Of a stretch of 32,000 bases of DNA, positions 10,147 through 19,403 are shown piece after piece (position 1 is the first letter of the stretch; the number at the start of each line of letters is the position of its first letter). The translations under genes and the position numbers were made by a program. The notes beneath the pieces were generated by a model. The model was not told where the DNA came from and did not search any database. It worked only from the letters and a program-made list of their open reading frames with translations. The DNA is from Neisseria flavescens. GTDB lineage: Bacteria; Pseudomonadota; Gammaproteobacteria; Burkholderiales; Neisseriaceae. The stretch lies in the NCBI RefSeq assembly GCF_005221285.1, contig NZ_CP039886.1, forward strand, positions 89,708-121,707, in the 5' to 3' direction.

Positions 10147-11875
10147 TTACGCTGACAATGTTTCGCGCATATGCGGCGGCAGAACCATTTCGTCCAAACC
10201 TTTGCCGTTGCCGACCATAGGCAGCACGTTTTGTTTTTTGTCGGTCAAGAAATCGAGGAATACCAGGCGGTCTTTTTGGTTTAATGCTTCCAGCAACGCC
10301 CCTTCGACATCGGATTTCTTGTCCACACGGATGCCGATATGGCCGTAGGCTTCAGCCAGTTTGACAAAATCAGGCAATGAATCGAAATAGGTTTCTGATT
10401 CACGGTTGCCGTAATAAAGCTCTTGCCATTGGCGGACCATGCCGAGGTAGCCGTTGTTCAGGGTAACGACGTTAACCGGAACACGATATTGGAAGCAGGT
10501 CGACAACTCTTGGATGTTCATCTGAATCGAGCCTTCGCCGGTGATACAGAATACATCTTGATCAGGAGCAGCCAGTTTCGCGCCGATGGCATATGGCAGA
10601 CCGACGCCCATTGTGCCTAAACCGCCGGAATTGAGCCATTGGCGAGGACGCTCGAATGGGTAATATTGGGCGGTAAACATTTGGTGTTGACCGACGTCGG
10701 AAGTGATGATGGCAGAATTATTGGTGATTTCGGCCAGTTTTTGAATAACGTATTGCGGTTTGATGATTTCGCTTTCATTATCAAACCACAGGCAGTTGCG
10801 CGAACGCCATTCTTCAATGCTTTTCCACCATTTATCCAATGAGTCGGCTGCAGGTGCAGATTCTTGCTTGCCCCACAATTGAATCATTTCGGACAATACG
10901 TTTTTCACGTCGCCGACAATCGGGATATCCACTTTGACGCGTTTGGCAATGCTGGACGGGTCAACGTCGATATGAATAATTTTTTTTGGCTTTTTCAAAG
11001 AATTTGGACGGTACAGAAATCACGCGGTCATCAAAGCGCGCACCGATTGCCAGTACAACGTCCGCATTCTGCATGGCGAGGTTGGCTTCATAAGTGCCGT
11101 GCATACCCAGCATACCCAAGAATTGGCGGTCGCTGGAAGGGTATGCACCCAAGCCCATCAATGTACCGGTACAAGGAGCGCCGATCATGCGGACGAATTT
11201 GGTCATTTCCTCAGAGGCATTGCCCAAAACCACGCCGCCGCCAAAGTAAACAATTGGGCGTTTGGCGGAAGCCAGCATTTGTACGGCTTTTTTGATTTGA
11301 CCGATATGGCCTTGTACAACCGGTTGGTAAGAGCGGATGAAGATGTCTTCTTGCGGATAGCTGAATTTAGCCATTGCTTGGGTAACATCTTTAGGAACAT
11401 CGACAACAACGGGCCCCGGACGGCCGCTTGCGGCGATTTGGAAAGCTTTTTTGATGGTGTCTGCCAACTCAGCGATATTGGTTACCAAGAAATTGTGTTT
11501 GACACAAGGGCGGGTAATGCCGACTGTATCCACTTCTTGGAATGCGTCTGTCCCGATAAGGGAGTTGCCCACCTGGCCGCTGATGACTACCAACGGAATG
11601 GAGTCGCTGTAAGCGGTGGCGATACCGGTCAGCGCATTGGTTACGCCTGGGCCGGAAGTTACCAAGGCAACGCCGACTTTGCCGCTGACACGGGCATAGG
11701 CATCTGCCGCATGTACGGCTGCCTGCTCGTGGCGAACCAGGATGTGCTTGAATTTATTGAGTTGGAAGAGGGCATCGTAGATTTCGATAACCGCGCCGCC
11801 CGGATAGCCGAATACATACTCGACACCTTCGGCTTTGAGACTTTGCACGATGATTTGTGCGCCAGATAATTGCAT
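10147..11875 (-). pseudogene. ilvI: Acetolactate synthase large subunit split by a +1 frameshift in an A8 run
   Basis: ORF 10961..11875 carries the N-terminal ThDP-enzyme part and ORF 10147..10998 carries the C-terminal part with GLGTMGVGLPYAIGAK and ITGEGSIQMNIQEL. They overlap at T8 on the top strand (10980-10987). The minus strand reads gcc aaa aaa aat tat, whereas one fewer A would give AKKIIHIDVDP. The span is 1729 nt, and 1728 nt would encode 575 aa. Confidence 0.85.
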
Positions 11876-12223
11876 ATTGACCTCTTTTATATGGCCTCAA
11901 ACCAATAGGAACAATCCGCCTCACCACAGCACCTGTAATGCAATTCCACCAAGCAGCGATTTAGGGTACGCGCACTGAGGGAATACGATGACAGTCAGAT
12001 TATCCAAGCAATTGGGAAGAAACACAGAGTTTGTGAAAAAGAGTAGAAACGATAACGCAATCCGACTGTACAAGCAAGATAAAATCTTTCATCTTTTAAC
12101 GTTTAAGGAGTGAAAATAGATTATCGTTTGATTTTAAAGAAATAAAAAAACAGTTTTATTGAGCTTGATGTGGGGAGATTGTTGACAGTTTGAGTAAGGA
12201 GAAGGTTTTGCAAATGAAGAATA

Positions 12224-12259
12224 GCAAAAAACCTCTTGACCGAATCAAGAGGTTTTTTT
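12224..12259 (-). terminator. Terminator downstream of tRNA-Leu
   Basis: The cctcttga/tcaagagg hairpin (12232-12252) is followed on the minus strand by a T6 run. Confidence 0.75.
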
Positions 12260-12263
12260 AATT

Positions 12264-12348
12264 TGGTGCCCAGGGTCGGACTCGAACCGACACACCTTGC
12301 GGCGGGGGATTTTGAGTCCCCTGCGTCTACCAATTTCGCCACCTGGGC
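12264..12348 (-). tRNA. tRNA-Leu (anticodon CAA), 85 nt with encoded CCA
   Basis: The reverse complement is GCCCAGGTGGCGAAATTGGTAGACGCAGGGGACTCAAAATCCCCCGCCGCAAGGTGTGTCGGTTCGAGTCCGACCCTGGGCACCA. It has a 7-bp acceptor stem, the anticodon stem-loop GGGGA-CTCAAAA-TCCCC, a long variable arm and a GGTTCGAGTCC T-loop. Confidence 0.93.
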
Positions 12349-12364
12349 TAGCGAAGAAGTCGTC

Positions 12365-12392
12365 ATTATAGCGAGTTCTCGAATCTTGTAAA
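12365..12392 (-). promoter_or_regulatory. Near-consensus sigma70 promoter for tRNA-Leu
   Basis: The minus strand reads TTTACA, a 16-nt spacer, then TATAAT. The -10 box ends 16 nt upstream of the mature tRNA 5' end. Confidence 0.6.
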
Positions 12393-12632
12393 GCAGTAAT
12401 TGAAAAAAAATTGGATTATTTTTATATTTGTTTGATTTTTAATGAATTAAACTTTTTACGTTTGATGACTATCTAAATGGAAGGCAGATTTTTAAAACAA
12501 AAAAAGCAGTATTTATCTGTAAAAAGGGCTACATTTAATGTGTCAAACGCGTTAATATGAAGATGTTTTGTTTTTATATCGGCCGGGCAGTTATTTGGCC
12601 GCACTTATTTGAAACGGTTTTGGAGAAAATTT

Positions 12633-13295
12633 ATGCTTTCCGTTACACGAACTTTCCTACTCAGTGCTTTTGCGTTGGCTGCTCTGGCTGCTTGTCAGCC
12701 TAAAGAGGAGGCCAAAGAGGCTTCTTCGACACCTGCCGCTTCTGCTGCGCCTGCTGCTTCCGGTGAGTCTGCGCCCAAAGTGCAAGCGCGCGGTACCGAT
12801 ATGCGCAAAGAAGACATTGGTGGCGACTTTACATTGACCGATGGCGACGGCAAACCTTTCAGCCTGAGCGATTTGAAAGGCAAAGTGGTTATCCTGTCTT
12901 TCGGTTATACCCACTGTCCTGACGTATGCCCAACCGAGTTGCTGACTTACAGCGACACGTTGAAACAATTGGGCGATCAGGCTAAAGACGTGAAAGTAGT
13001 ATTTGTCAGCATCGACCCTGAACGCGATACACCTGAGGTAATCGGCAAATACGCCAAACAGTTCAACCCTGATTTTATCGGCCTGACGGCAACCGGCGAT
13101 CAAAGCCTGCCTGTCATCAAACAGCAATACCGTGTGGTATCGGCTAAAGTCAACCAAAAAGAAGACAGCGAAAACTATTTGGTCGATCACTCTTCAGGCG
13201 CATATTTGATTGATAAAAACGGCGAAGTGGCAATTTTCTCGCCTTATGGCAGCGAGCCGGAAACGATTGCGGCTGATGTAAAAACTTTATTGTAA
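12633..13295 (+). CDS. sco: SCO1/SenC family copper chaperone / thiol-disulfide lipoprotein
   Basis: The ATG at 12633 follows GGAG at 12622-12625, so the track ORF start at 12609 is probably too early. The product has the lipoprotein signal LSAFALAALAAC, a thioredoxin-fold CPDVCP motif, and conserved VFVSIDPERDTP and DHSSGAYLID blocks. Confidence 0.9.
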   Translation: MLSVTRTFLLSAFALAALAACQPKEEAKEASSTPAASAAPAASGESAPKVQARGTDMRKEDIGGDFTLTDGDGKPFSLSDLKGKVVILSFGYTHCPDVCPTELLTYSDTLKQLGDQAKDVKVVFVSIDPERDTPEVIGKYAKQFNPDFIGLTATGDQSLPVIKQQYRVVSAKVNQKEDSENYLVDHSSGAYLIDKNGEVAIFSPYGSEPETIAADVKTLL

Positions 13296-13305
13296 AACCG
13301 TGGTT

Positions 13306-13352
13306 AAGGCCGTCTGAAATGGGTTGTGGATTTCAGACGGCCTTCTTGTTTT
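13306..13352 (+). terminator. Inverted DUS pair terminator after sco
   Basis: The sequence aaggccgtctgaaatgggttgtggatttcagacggccttcttgttttt. Confidence 0.8.
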
Positions 13353-13377
13353 TGATACGGCAAAGGAGAAGAACAAA

Positions 13378-14031
13378 ATGACCGACACACTTTTAACGGT
13401 TGCTTTATCCAAGGGACGAATTTTTGAGGAAACCCTGCCACTGTTGGCCGCCGCCGGTATTGTGCCTGCAGAGGAGCCGGAAAAATCGCGCAAGCTGATT
13501 ATTGGCACGAATCATGACAACATTCGTTTGGTGATTGTACGTGCAACCGATGTGCCGACTTATGTGCAGTATGGTGCGGCGGATTTCGGTATTGCCGGCA
13601 AGGATGTGTTGATTGAGCATGGCGGAGATGGCCTGTATCAACCTTTGGATTTGCACATTGCTTCATGCCGCATGATGGTTGCAGTAAAAAAAGGTTTCGA
13701 TTACGCCGCTGCTTCCAAACCCGGCAGCCGCTTGCGGATTGCCACCAAATATCCAGACATCGCCGCCGAACACTTTGCCGACAAGGGTGTGCATGTGGAC
13801 ATCATCAAACTGTACGGCTCGATGGAGCTTGCGCCTTTGGTCGGTCTGAGCGACGCGATTGTCGATTTGGTTTCCAGCGGCAATACTTTGAAAGCCAATG
13901 GTTTGGAAGCTGTAGAACATGTGGTTGATATTTCCAGCCGCTTGGTGGTCAACAAAGCGGCCTTGAAAACCAAATATGCGCTGTTGAATCCGATTATTCA
14001 GGCATTTGAAAATGCCGCCAAGGCCGTCTGA
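13378..14031 (+). CDS. hisG: ATP phosphoribosyltransferase, short (HisZ-dependent) form
   Basis: The 217-aa product starts at the internal ATG: [28 protein letters not shown].... It also has [29 protein letters not shown] and [18 protein letters not shown] lies 9 nt upstream. The last codons and the stop codon are provided by a DUS (GCC GTC TGA). Confidence 0.93.
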   Translation: MTDTLLTVALSKGRIFEETLPLLAAAGIVPAEEPEKSRKLIIGTNHDNIRLVIVRATDVPTYVQYGAADFGIAGKDVLIEHGGDGLYQPLDLHIASCRMMVAVKKGFDYAAASKPGSRLRIATKYPDIAAEHFADKGVHVDIIKLYGSMELAPLVGLSDAIVDLVSSGNTLKANGLEAVEHVVDISSRLVVNKAALKTKYALLNPIIQAFENAAKAV

Positions 14032-14079
14032 AAAGTTTTTGGCAAAACCTGTCTGCCAACCCAGTTTGAAAGCCCCGTC

Positions 14080-14805
14080 ATGATGCAAAGCAAACCGACA
14101 CTCGATACGATTCTTTCTCATCGTTCCATCCGCAGGTTTACTTCCGAGCCGATTGCCGATGAAATCCTCGATACGCTGGTTCGCGCCGGACAGCAGGCTT
14201 CGACTTCCAACAATCTGCAATGCGTTTCCATCATCCGCGTATCCGATCTTGCGCTGAGGCAGGGGATACATGAAGCGGCAGGAAGTGCACCTTATATTGT
14301 CCATTGTGCGGAATTTTTACTGTTTTGCATCGATTTTTCCAAACACAAGGCGATGTTTCCCGATGCGCAAATTGATTGGGCGGAAGTCACCCTGATTGGT
14401 GCGGTCGATGCAGGTATTATGGCGCAAAACGTATTGCTTGCTGCCGAATCGCTTGGGCTGGGCGGCGTGTATATCGGCGCGTTGCGCAATGATGCGCAAA
14501 AAGTATCGGACGTGTTGAACCTGCCGGATTATTGCGTGCCTTTGGTGGGGCTGTGCCTCGGTTATCCCGACCAAGACCCGCCGCTCAAACCGCGCCTGCC
14601 TAAGGAAATGGTGTATGCCGAAAACGCTTGTCCGAGCCTGAATGCTGAGGCGGTTGAAGCCTATAATCAGGCAGTGGCGGATTATTATGAGTTACGCAAG
14701 GGCAGCCCGATACCTTGGAAGGAATCGCTGGCCAAAACCTTGGGTAATCCTGTACGGCCGCATATGTTGGCGTTTTTGCAGAAAAAAGGTTTTTTGAAAA
14801 GATAA
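14080..14805 (+). CDS. nfsA: Oxygen-insensitive NADPH nitroreductase (NfsA family)
   Basis: The 241-aa product starts TLDTILSHRSIRRFTSEPI, the NfsA N-terminal signature. It also has GQQASTSNNLQCVSIIRV and GLGGVYIGALRND. Its length equals E. coli NfsA within one residue. Confidence 0.88.
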   Translation: MMQSKPTLDTILSHRSIRRFTSEPIADEILDTLVRAGQQASTSNNLQCVSIIRVSDLALRQGIHEAAGSAPYIVHCAEFLLFCIDFSKHKAMFPDAQIDWAEVTLIGAVDAGIMAQNVLLAAESLGLGGVYIGALRNDAQKVSDVLNLPDYCVPLVGLCLGYPDQDPPLKPRLPKEMVYAENACPSLNAEAVEAYNQAVADYYELRKGSPIPWKESLAKTLGNPVRPHMLAFLQKKGFLKR

Positions 14806-14807
14806 TG

Positions 14808-14842
14808 TTCAGACGGCCTGTGTGTGGCTGAGGCCGTCTGAA
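14808..14842. repeat. Inverted DUS pair hairpin between nfsA and hisD
   Basis: TTCAGACGGC lies at 14808-14817 and GCCGTCTGAA at 14833-14842, giving a 12-bp stem. No T-run follows in the + direction, so it may be only a weak terminator. Confidence 0.7.
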
Positions 14843-14876
14843 AACAATAGGAACGAAACAAGGAAGAGAGCAAACC

Positions 14877-16169
14877 ATGAAGAAACTCGACACCCAATCC
14901 CCTGATTTTCAAGCCGAACTCAAAGCGTTACTCGCTTTTGAAACCGCGCAAAACCCTGAAATCGACCGTATTGTTGCCGACATCTGCGCCGATGTTCAAA
15001 AACGCGGCGATGCGGCGCTGATTGAATACACCAACCGCTTTGACGGTACATCTGCTCAAACCATCGACGATTTAATCCTGACGCAAGACGATTTGCAGTC
15101 TGCGTTTGAACGTTTGCCCGAAAACATTCAGACGGCCTTAAAAACGGCTGCGCGACGGGTGGAAAGCTACCATCAACACCAAAAAATGGAGTCGTGGACT
15201 TACGAAGACGAAGACGGCACGCTTTTGGGCCAACAGATTACGCCGCTTGACCGTGTCGGTATTTATGTTCCGGGCGGTAAAGCCGCTTATCCGAGTTCCG
15301 TTATCATGAACGCCATGCCTGCCCACGTTGCCGGCGTGAAAGAAATCATCATGGTCGTTCCTACTCCGAAAGGCGAGCGCAACGATATCGTGTTGGCGGC
15401 TGCTTTTGTGGCCGGTGTAACCAAAGTGTTTACGGTCGGCGGCGCACAGGCGGTTGCGGCTTTGGCCTATGGTACGGAATCAGTGCCTCAAGTCGATAAG
15501 ATTACCGGCCCGGGCAATGCCTTTGTCGCTGCGGCTAAACGACGCGTGTTTGGTGTGGTCGGTATTGATATGGTGGCAGGGCCGTCTGAAATTTTGGTGA
15601 TTGCCGATGGCACGACGCCTGCCGATTGGGTGGCCATGGATTTGTTCAGTCAGGCGGAACACGATGAAATTGCACAAGCGATTTTGATCGGTACTTCTCA
15701 AACGTATTTGGACGAAGTTCAGACGGCCATGAACCGCTTGATCGAAACCATGCCGCGCCGTGCGATTATTGAAGCTTCATTGGGCAATCGCGGTGCAATG
15801 ATTTTGGCTAAAGATTTGGACGAAGCCTGTGAAATCGCCAACTATATTTCTCCCGAACACTTGGAACTGTCGGTTGAGAATCCGCAAGAGTGGGCGAAAA
15901 AAATCCGCCACGCCGGTGCGATTTTTATGGGACGCTATACCAGTGAAAGCCTTGGCGACTATTGCGCAGGGCCCAACCACGTTTTACCGACCAGCCGCAC
16001 GGCGCGTTTCTCTTCTCCTTTGGGAACATATGATTTCCAAAAACGCTCCAGTCTGATTCAGGTTTCAGAACAAGGCGCGCAGAAGTTGGGCAAAACCGCC
16101 AGCGTGTTAGCGCATGGCGAAAGCTTGACCGCGCACGCAAGAGCGGCTGAGTTCCGTTTGAAAGACTGA
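14877..16169 (+). CDS. hisD: Histidinol dehydrogenase
   Basis: The 430-aa product has the blocks [65 protein letters not shown] and [13 protein letters not shown]. Confidence 0.97.
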   Translation: MKKLDTQSPDFQAELKALLAFETAQNPEIDRIVADICADVQKRGDAALIEYTNRFDGTSAQTIDDLILTQDDLQSAFERLPENIQTALKTAARRVESYHQHQKMESWTYEDEDGTLLGQQITPLDRVGIYVPGGKAAYPSSVIMNAMPAHVAGVKEIIMVVPTPKGERNDIVLAAAFVAGVTKVFTVGGAQAVAALAYGTESVPQVDKITGPGNAFVAAAKRRVFGVVGIDMVAGPSEILVIADGTTPADWVAMDLFSQAEHDEIAQAILIGTSQTYLDEVQTAMNRLIETMPRRAIIEASLGNRGAMILAKDLDEACEIANYISPEHLELSVENPQEWAKKIRHAGAIFMGRYTSESLGDYCAGPNHVLPTSRTARFSSPLGTYDFQKRSSLIQVSEQGAQKLGKTASVLAHGESLTAHARAAEFRLKD

Positions 16170-16194
16170 GTGAAACGTTGAAGTCGTAAGAAAT

Positions 16195-16228
16195 CAAAAA
16201 AGGGCATCTAAACAGATGCCCTTTTTAT
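16195..16228. terminator. Bidirectional hairpin terminator between convergent hisD and tyrA
   Basis: In aaaaaagggcatctaaacagatgccctttttatt, the stem agggcatct/agatgccct is flanked by an A-run and a T-run. Confidence 0.8.
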
Positions 16229-16277
16229 TGTGATGAAGATTTTAGCTGAGAAGGTATCAGGCCGTCTGAAAACAGGT

Positions 16278-17159
16278 TTAACGGTTTTTCAGCCAGTCAT
16301 TACGCATTTGTGCGGCTTCTTCAAAATAGCGGTAAAGCTCGGTTTTGTTGCCGTCTGAAAGTAAGTTTTCTAATCGGGACAATTGTTCTTTCAAATCGCC
16401 GGTCAGTTTGAGCAGGGCAGGGCGGTTGGCCATGCAGATGTCGGTCCAAACGGCCGGATGGCTGGAAGCGATGCGGGTAAAGTCGCGAAAGCCGGTAGCG
16501 GCATAGGGAAGGTAGTCTTTGCCGTGCGGATGGTCAACCAAAGCGTGGACATAGGCAAAGGCGGCCAAGTGCGGCAAGTGGGAAACGGCGGCAAAAATAT
16601 TGTCGTGTTCTTCGGCGCTCATGGTGGAAATTTGCGAACCAACTGCCTGCCACAGGCTTTTCAGCCGTCTCAGGCCGTCTGAAGCCTCTTGGCCATGTAG
16701 CGTAATGATAAGGCGGCTGTTTTGAAACAAACCGCAACGCGCGGATTTTGCCCCGCTTTGATCTGAACCGGCAATCGGGTGGGCGGCAAAACATTGCGCC
16801 AGGCGGTCGGATAAGTGGGTGCGGAAGGCATTGAGTGCCGATTGTTTGGTGCTGCCGACATCGGAAACGCAGGCAGTGTCTTTTAAGAAGGGCTTGATGT
16901 CGCGGCATACGTCAGGCAGGACGGAGACTGGCGTGGCAATCAAAACCAAATCGGCATTGGCGATGCTTTCGGCACAAATATCTGGATAGGCATGGTCGAT
17001 GATGCCGCATTCGAGTGCGTAATTGAGGTTATCGGCATTGGTGTCGATGCCGGTAACGGTTTGCACCAGTCCCAAGCGTTTGAGGTCGAGCATGAACGAG
17101 CCGCCGATTAAACCGACGCCGATAAGGGTGATGTGGGAGAAAAAGGCGGAAGTGTTCAT
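16278..17159 (-). CDS. tyrA: Prephenate (arogenate) dehydrogenase
   Basis: The Rossmann motif ITLIGVGLIGGSF sits at the N-terminus. Other blocks are SDVGSTK, HPIAGS and FRDFTRIASSHPAVWTDI. I prefer the ATG at 17159 (MNTSAFF...), which lies 18 nt inside the track ORF. Confidence 0.9.
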   Translation of the reverse strand: MNTSAFFSHITLIGVGLIGGSFMLDLKRLGLVQTVTGIDTNADNLNYALECGIIDHAYPDICAESIANADLVLIATPVSVLPDVCRDIKPFLKDTACVSDVGSTKQSALNAFRTHLSDRLAQCFAAHPIAGSDQSGAKSARCGLFQNSRLIITLHGQEASDGLRRLKSLWQAVGSQISTMSAEEHDNIFAAVSHLPHLAAFAYVHALVDHPHGKDYLPYAATGFRDFTRIASSHPAVWTDICMANRPALLKLTGDLKEQLSRLENLLSDGNKTELYRYFEEAAQMRNDWLKNR

Positions 17160-17332
17160 GGTTTGAATCCGGTACAAGTGGAAAAGCTTATTTTAATCCG
17201 TTATGGAGGTCGTCTGAAAGTTGTCATCAAGGTTTCAGACGGCCTTATATATTGCACTCCGTTAAGGGAGTGTAAATTACAAACAAAACCCCTTGACAAG
17301 TTCTGATTAACCGACTTTTCAAGGGGTCTGAA

Positions 17333-17551
17333 ATGTCAATTTGTTTCTACACTATCACACCTCAACCGGAACAAAATCCAGTTGCCTACATCTTACGTCT
17401 TTTTTCCGATAAGGACGGCTATTCCAAGCTCATTAATACAAGAGCTTTCCACGTAACCAATCCCCAAAATCCAAAAGCAACAGAAGAAACCGCTTCTTTA
17501 TATGGCGATTTGTGCGTAGCTGATTTTATAAATCAGGAGGAAAACGCATGA
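17333..17551 (+). CDS. Phage small hypothetical protein (72 aa) overlapping the rep start
   Basis: AAGGGG lies 8 nt upstream of the ATG. The stop overlaps the rep ATG (ATGA at 17548-17551), suggesting translational coupling. I recognise no motif. Confidence 0.5.
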   Translation: MSICFYTITPQPEQNPVAYILRLFSDKDGYSKLINTRAFHVTNPQNPKATEETASLYGDLCVADFINQEENA

Positions 17552-18441
17552 ACCGTTCAGCTTCAGCAAGCGCGGAACGCGCTCTTCCTTGTCTAAATAG
17601 TAACAACTGCATTGAGACCGCAAACAGCGGCGAAATCAAGCAGTTGCCAAGTCAGTATGAAAACCGTAAAGCGTACACGCTGAACGAGTTTTCCACTTCT
17701 TACAAAAAATCCACTACTGCCCTAGAAATGAACGTCAAAGCGTTCATTGAAGCCTTTGGCCTGAACAAAGTCGGCTTTTTAACCCTGACCTTTGCCGATG
17801 ACGTAACCGACCCGAAAGAAGCGCAACGCCGTTTTCACAGCTTAAGAACCAACTTTCTCAAACGCCACTTTTCTGAATACGTCTGCGTTTACGAACGCAC
17901 GAAGAAAGGCCGTATCCATTTCCATCTAATCGTAAATACCCGTGTCGATATACGGCGCGGCCTGAATTTCCGCGAAATCGCCGCAGGCCGTTACAGCTCG
18001 GCAAATCCAGCATTGCGCCAACTGTGGGCATTGCTCCGTGAAAACGTCCACAAATACGGCTTTGGCCGTACTGAACTGTTGCCGGTCAAAACCAACAGCA
18101 AAGGCTTGGCGCGATACGTATCCAAATACATCAGCAAACACATCAACAGCCGACTGCCAGAAGACAAAGGTTATAGGCTCGTGCGTACCAGCATGGATAA
18201 AAAATCCATGTGGAAAGTAGCAAACAGCAATTTTGCTTTTTTGTCCAAAGGCTCGAAAGAGTGGAGACGCAAGCTAAAAAAGTGGGTTGAGCAGGTAGAA
18301 AGCTATCTGAACCTCGTGGCCGAATGGAAACACCGCGTAGCCCTGCCCAGCATTACCCAAGACAATTACAACACCGTCTTGGCCTTTGTCCTAAGCCCGA
18401 AATGGGCATTTAAAAACCGAGAAACCATCATCAATATGTAG
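17548..18441 (+). CDS. Rolling-circle replication initiator (HUH endonuclease, RstA/pII-like)
   Basis: The product has an HUH motif in GRIHFHLIVNT and a catalytic-tyrosine-type motif in LARYVSKYISKH. It sits at the head of the inovirus module. VGFLTLTFADDV resembles Rep motif 1. Confidence 0.8.
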   Translation: MNRSASASAERALPCLNSNNCIETANSGEIKQLPSQYENRKAYTLNEFSTSYKKSTTALEMNVKAFIEAFGLNKVGFLTLTFADDVTDPKEAQRRFHSLRTNFLKRHFSEYVCVYERTKKGRIHFHLIVNTRVDIRRGLNFREIAAGRYSSANPALRQLWALLRENVHKYGFGRTELLPVKTNSKGLARYVSKYISKHINSRLPEDKGYRLVRTSMDKKSMWKVANSNFAFLSKGSKEWRRKLKKWVEQVESYLNLVAEWKHRVALPSITQDNYNTVLAFVLSPKWAFKNRETIINM

Positions 18442-18496
18442 CGAAACCCGTAACCGTTGAATACCAGTAACCCAGACCTTAAAGAAAGGAAAAAAC

Positions 18497-18766
18497 ATGA
18501 CACAAGAAACAGAACGCCGACAAGGTATGTTTGTTATCGCCTCTTTTGACCGAATGTTCACGCGTGAACGCAAAAACCAAGACGGCACATTTACCAAGTC
18601 GCATTATGTCGGCCTGATTATCCGTAGCGAAACCGAAACGCGACTTTGCGAAGTTCGCACAAAACACCCTGAAAAATACGAAGGTTACAAGCCACATCAA
18701 ATCGTTTCAATGCAAGTATTCCCACGCGCATTCAATAACAACATCTACTATTCGGACGAATCATAA
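18497..18766 (+). CDS. Candidate phage ssDNA-binding protein (gV-like, by position)
   Basis: This is an 89-aa basic/aromatic protein placed directly after rep and before the coat gene. The assignment is positional only. Confidence 0.5.
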   Translation: MTQETERRQGMFVIASFDRMFTRERKNQDGTFTKSHYVGLIIRSETETRLCEVRTKHPEKYEGYKPHQIVSMQVFPRAFNNNIYYSDES

Positions 18767-18854
18767 ACCAGTTTTAGGGGTTTGGCCGTTTCCCCTGAAT
18801 CAGACCCCTAAAAACGGCCACAACATTTTTTTAACTCACTTAAAGGAAAAAATC

Positions 18855-19079
18855 ATGAAAATGATGACTTTAAAAAACGCAGCGCGTAAAGCGGCTGCAA
18901 CCGTAGCAGTAGCCGCAATGTCTGCTCCCGTTTGGGCTGATGGCACACCGCTGGAAGCCGCACAAACCGAAATCGGCGGCCTGAAAGCAGGCATTGTAGC
19001 CATTGGCGCCGTGATTATCGGCATCGCCGTGGCAACCGTTACCATCGGCGTAATCAAACGCGCAGTATCCAAAGCCTAA
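18855..19079 (+). CDS. Major coat protein (pVIII-like)
   Basis: The 74-aa product has the signal peptide MKMMTLKNAARKAAATVAVAAMSAPVWA. The mature ~46-aa peptide has an acidic N-terminus (DGTPLEAAQTE), a hydrophobic core (GIVAIGAVIIGIAVATVTIGVI) and a basic C-terminus (KRAVSKA). Confidence 0.85.
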   Translation: MKMMTLKNAARKAAATVAVAAMSAPVWADGTPLEAAQTEIGGLKAGIVAIGAVIIGIAVATVTIGVIKRAVSKA

Positions 19080-19088
19080 GGAAACGAC

Positions 19089-19403
19089 ATGGGTTATCAA
19101 GTCGGAAGAATCTGTTACGGCACAGAAGCCGAAGCAGTGAACAGCGTGATGACCCAAGTCGTACCGACCATAGACAAAGACGGGGTGCTACATCACCCCG
19201 TTTTTAATGGCAAGACTTGGACATACAGGCAAAACGGTTACGAGTACCCGATAAAACTCACATTCCCCCAATGCGACCCAAACGAATACACAAACGCAGG
19301 CAGAGAAATAGGAATAGCCATGTTAGGCGCGTTTGTAGTCGTTTGGATTATACGAGCAGTGCTTTCAACCTTGAACATACTGAAAGAAAGAGATGAAGAA
19401 TAA
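19089..19403 (+). CDS. Phage small membrane-anchored protein (minor coat candidate)
   Basis: The 104-aa product has the C-terminal TM segment IGIAMLGAFVVVWIIRAVLSTL. It overlaps the next gene by 11 nt. Confidence 0.55.
   Translation: MGYQVGRICYGTEAEAVNSVMTQVVPTIDKDGVLHHPVFNGKTWTYRQNGYEYPIKLTFPQCDPNEYTNAGREIGIAMLGAFVVVWIIRAVLSTLNILKERDEE

Noticed and set aside
11099-11869. A 256-aa ORF on the + strand.
   Set aside because: It is antisense to the ilvI N-terminal half and has no recognisable motif or ribosome-binding site.
12000-12092. A possible 30-aa leader peptide upstream of ilvI on the - strand: MKDFILLVQSDCVIVSTLFHKLCVSSQLLG, with 12 of 30 residues Ile/Leu/Val.
   Set aside because: It has no convincing Shine-Dalgarno sequence and no run of consecutive regulatory codons. 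I could not find a terminator/antiterminator pair between it and the ilvI ATG. It would need Term-seq or conservation evidence.
12121-12366. An 81-aa ORF on the - strand.
   Set aside because: It reads straight through the tRNA-Leu gene and its terminator, so the tRNA explains the region.
13663-14304. A 213-aa ORF on the - strand spanning the hisG/nfsA junction.
   Set aside because: It is antisense to two well-supported genes and crosses their intergenic spacer, so it is a shadow ORF.
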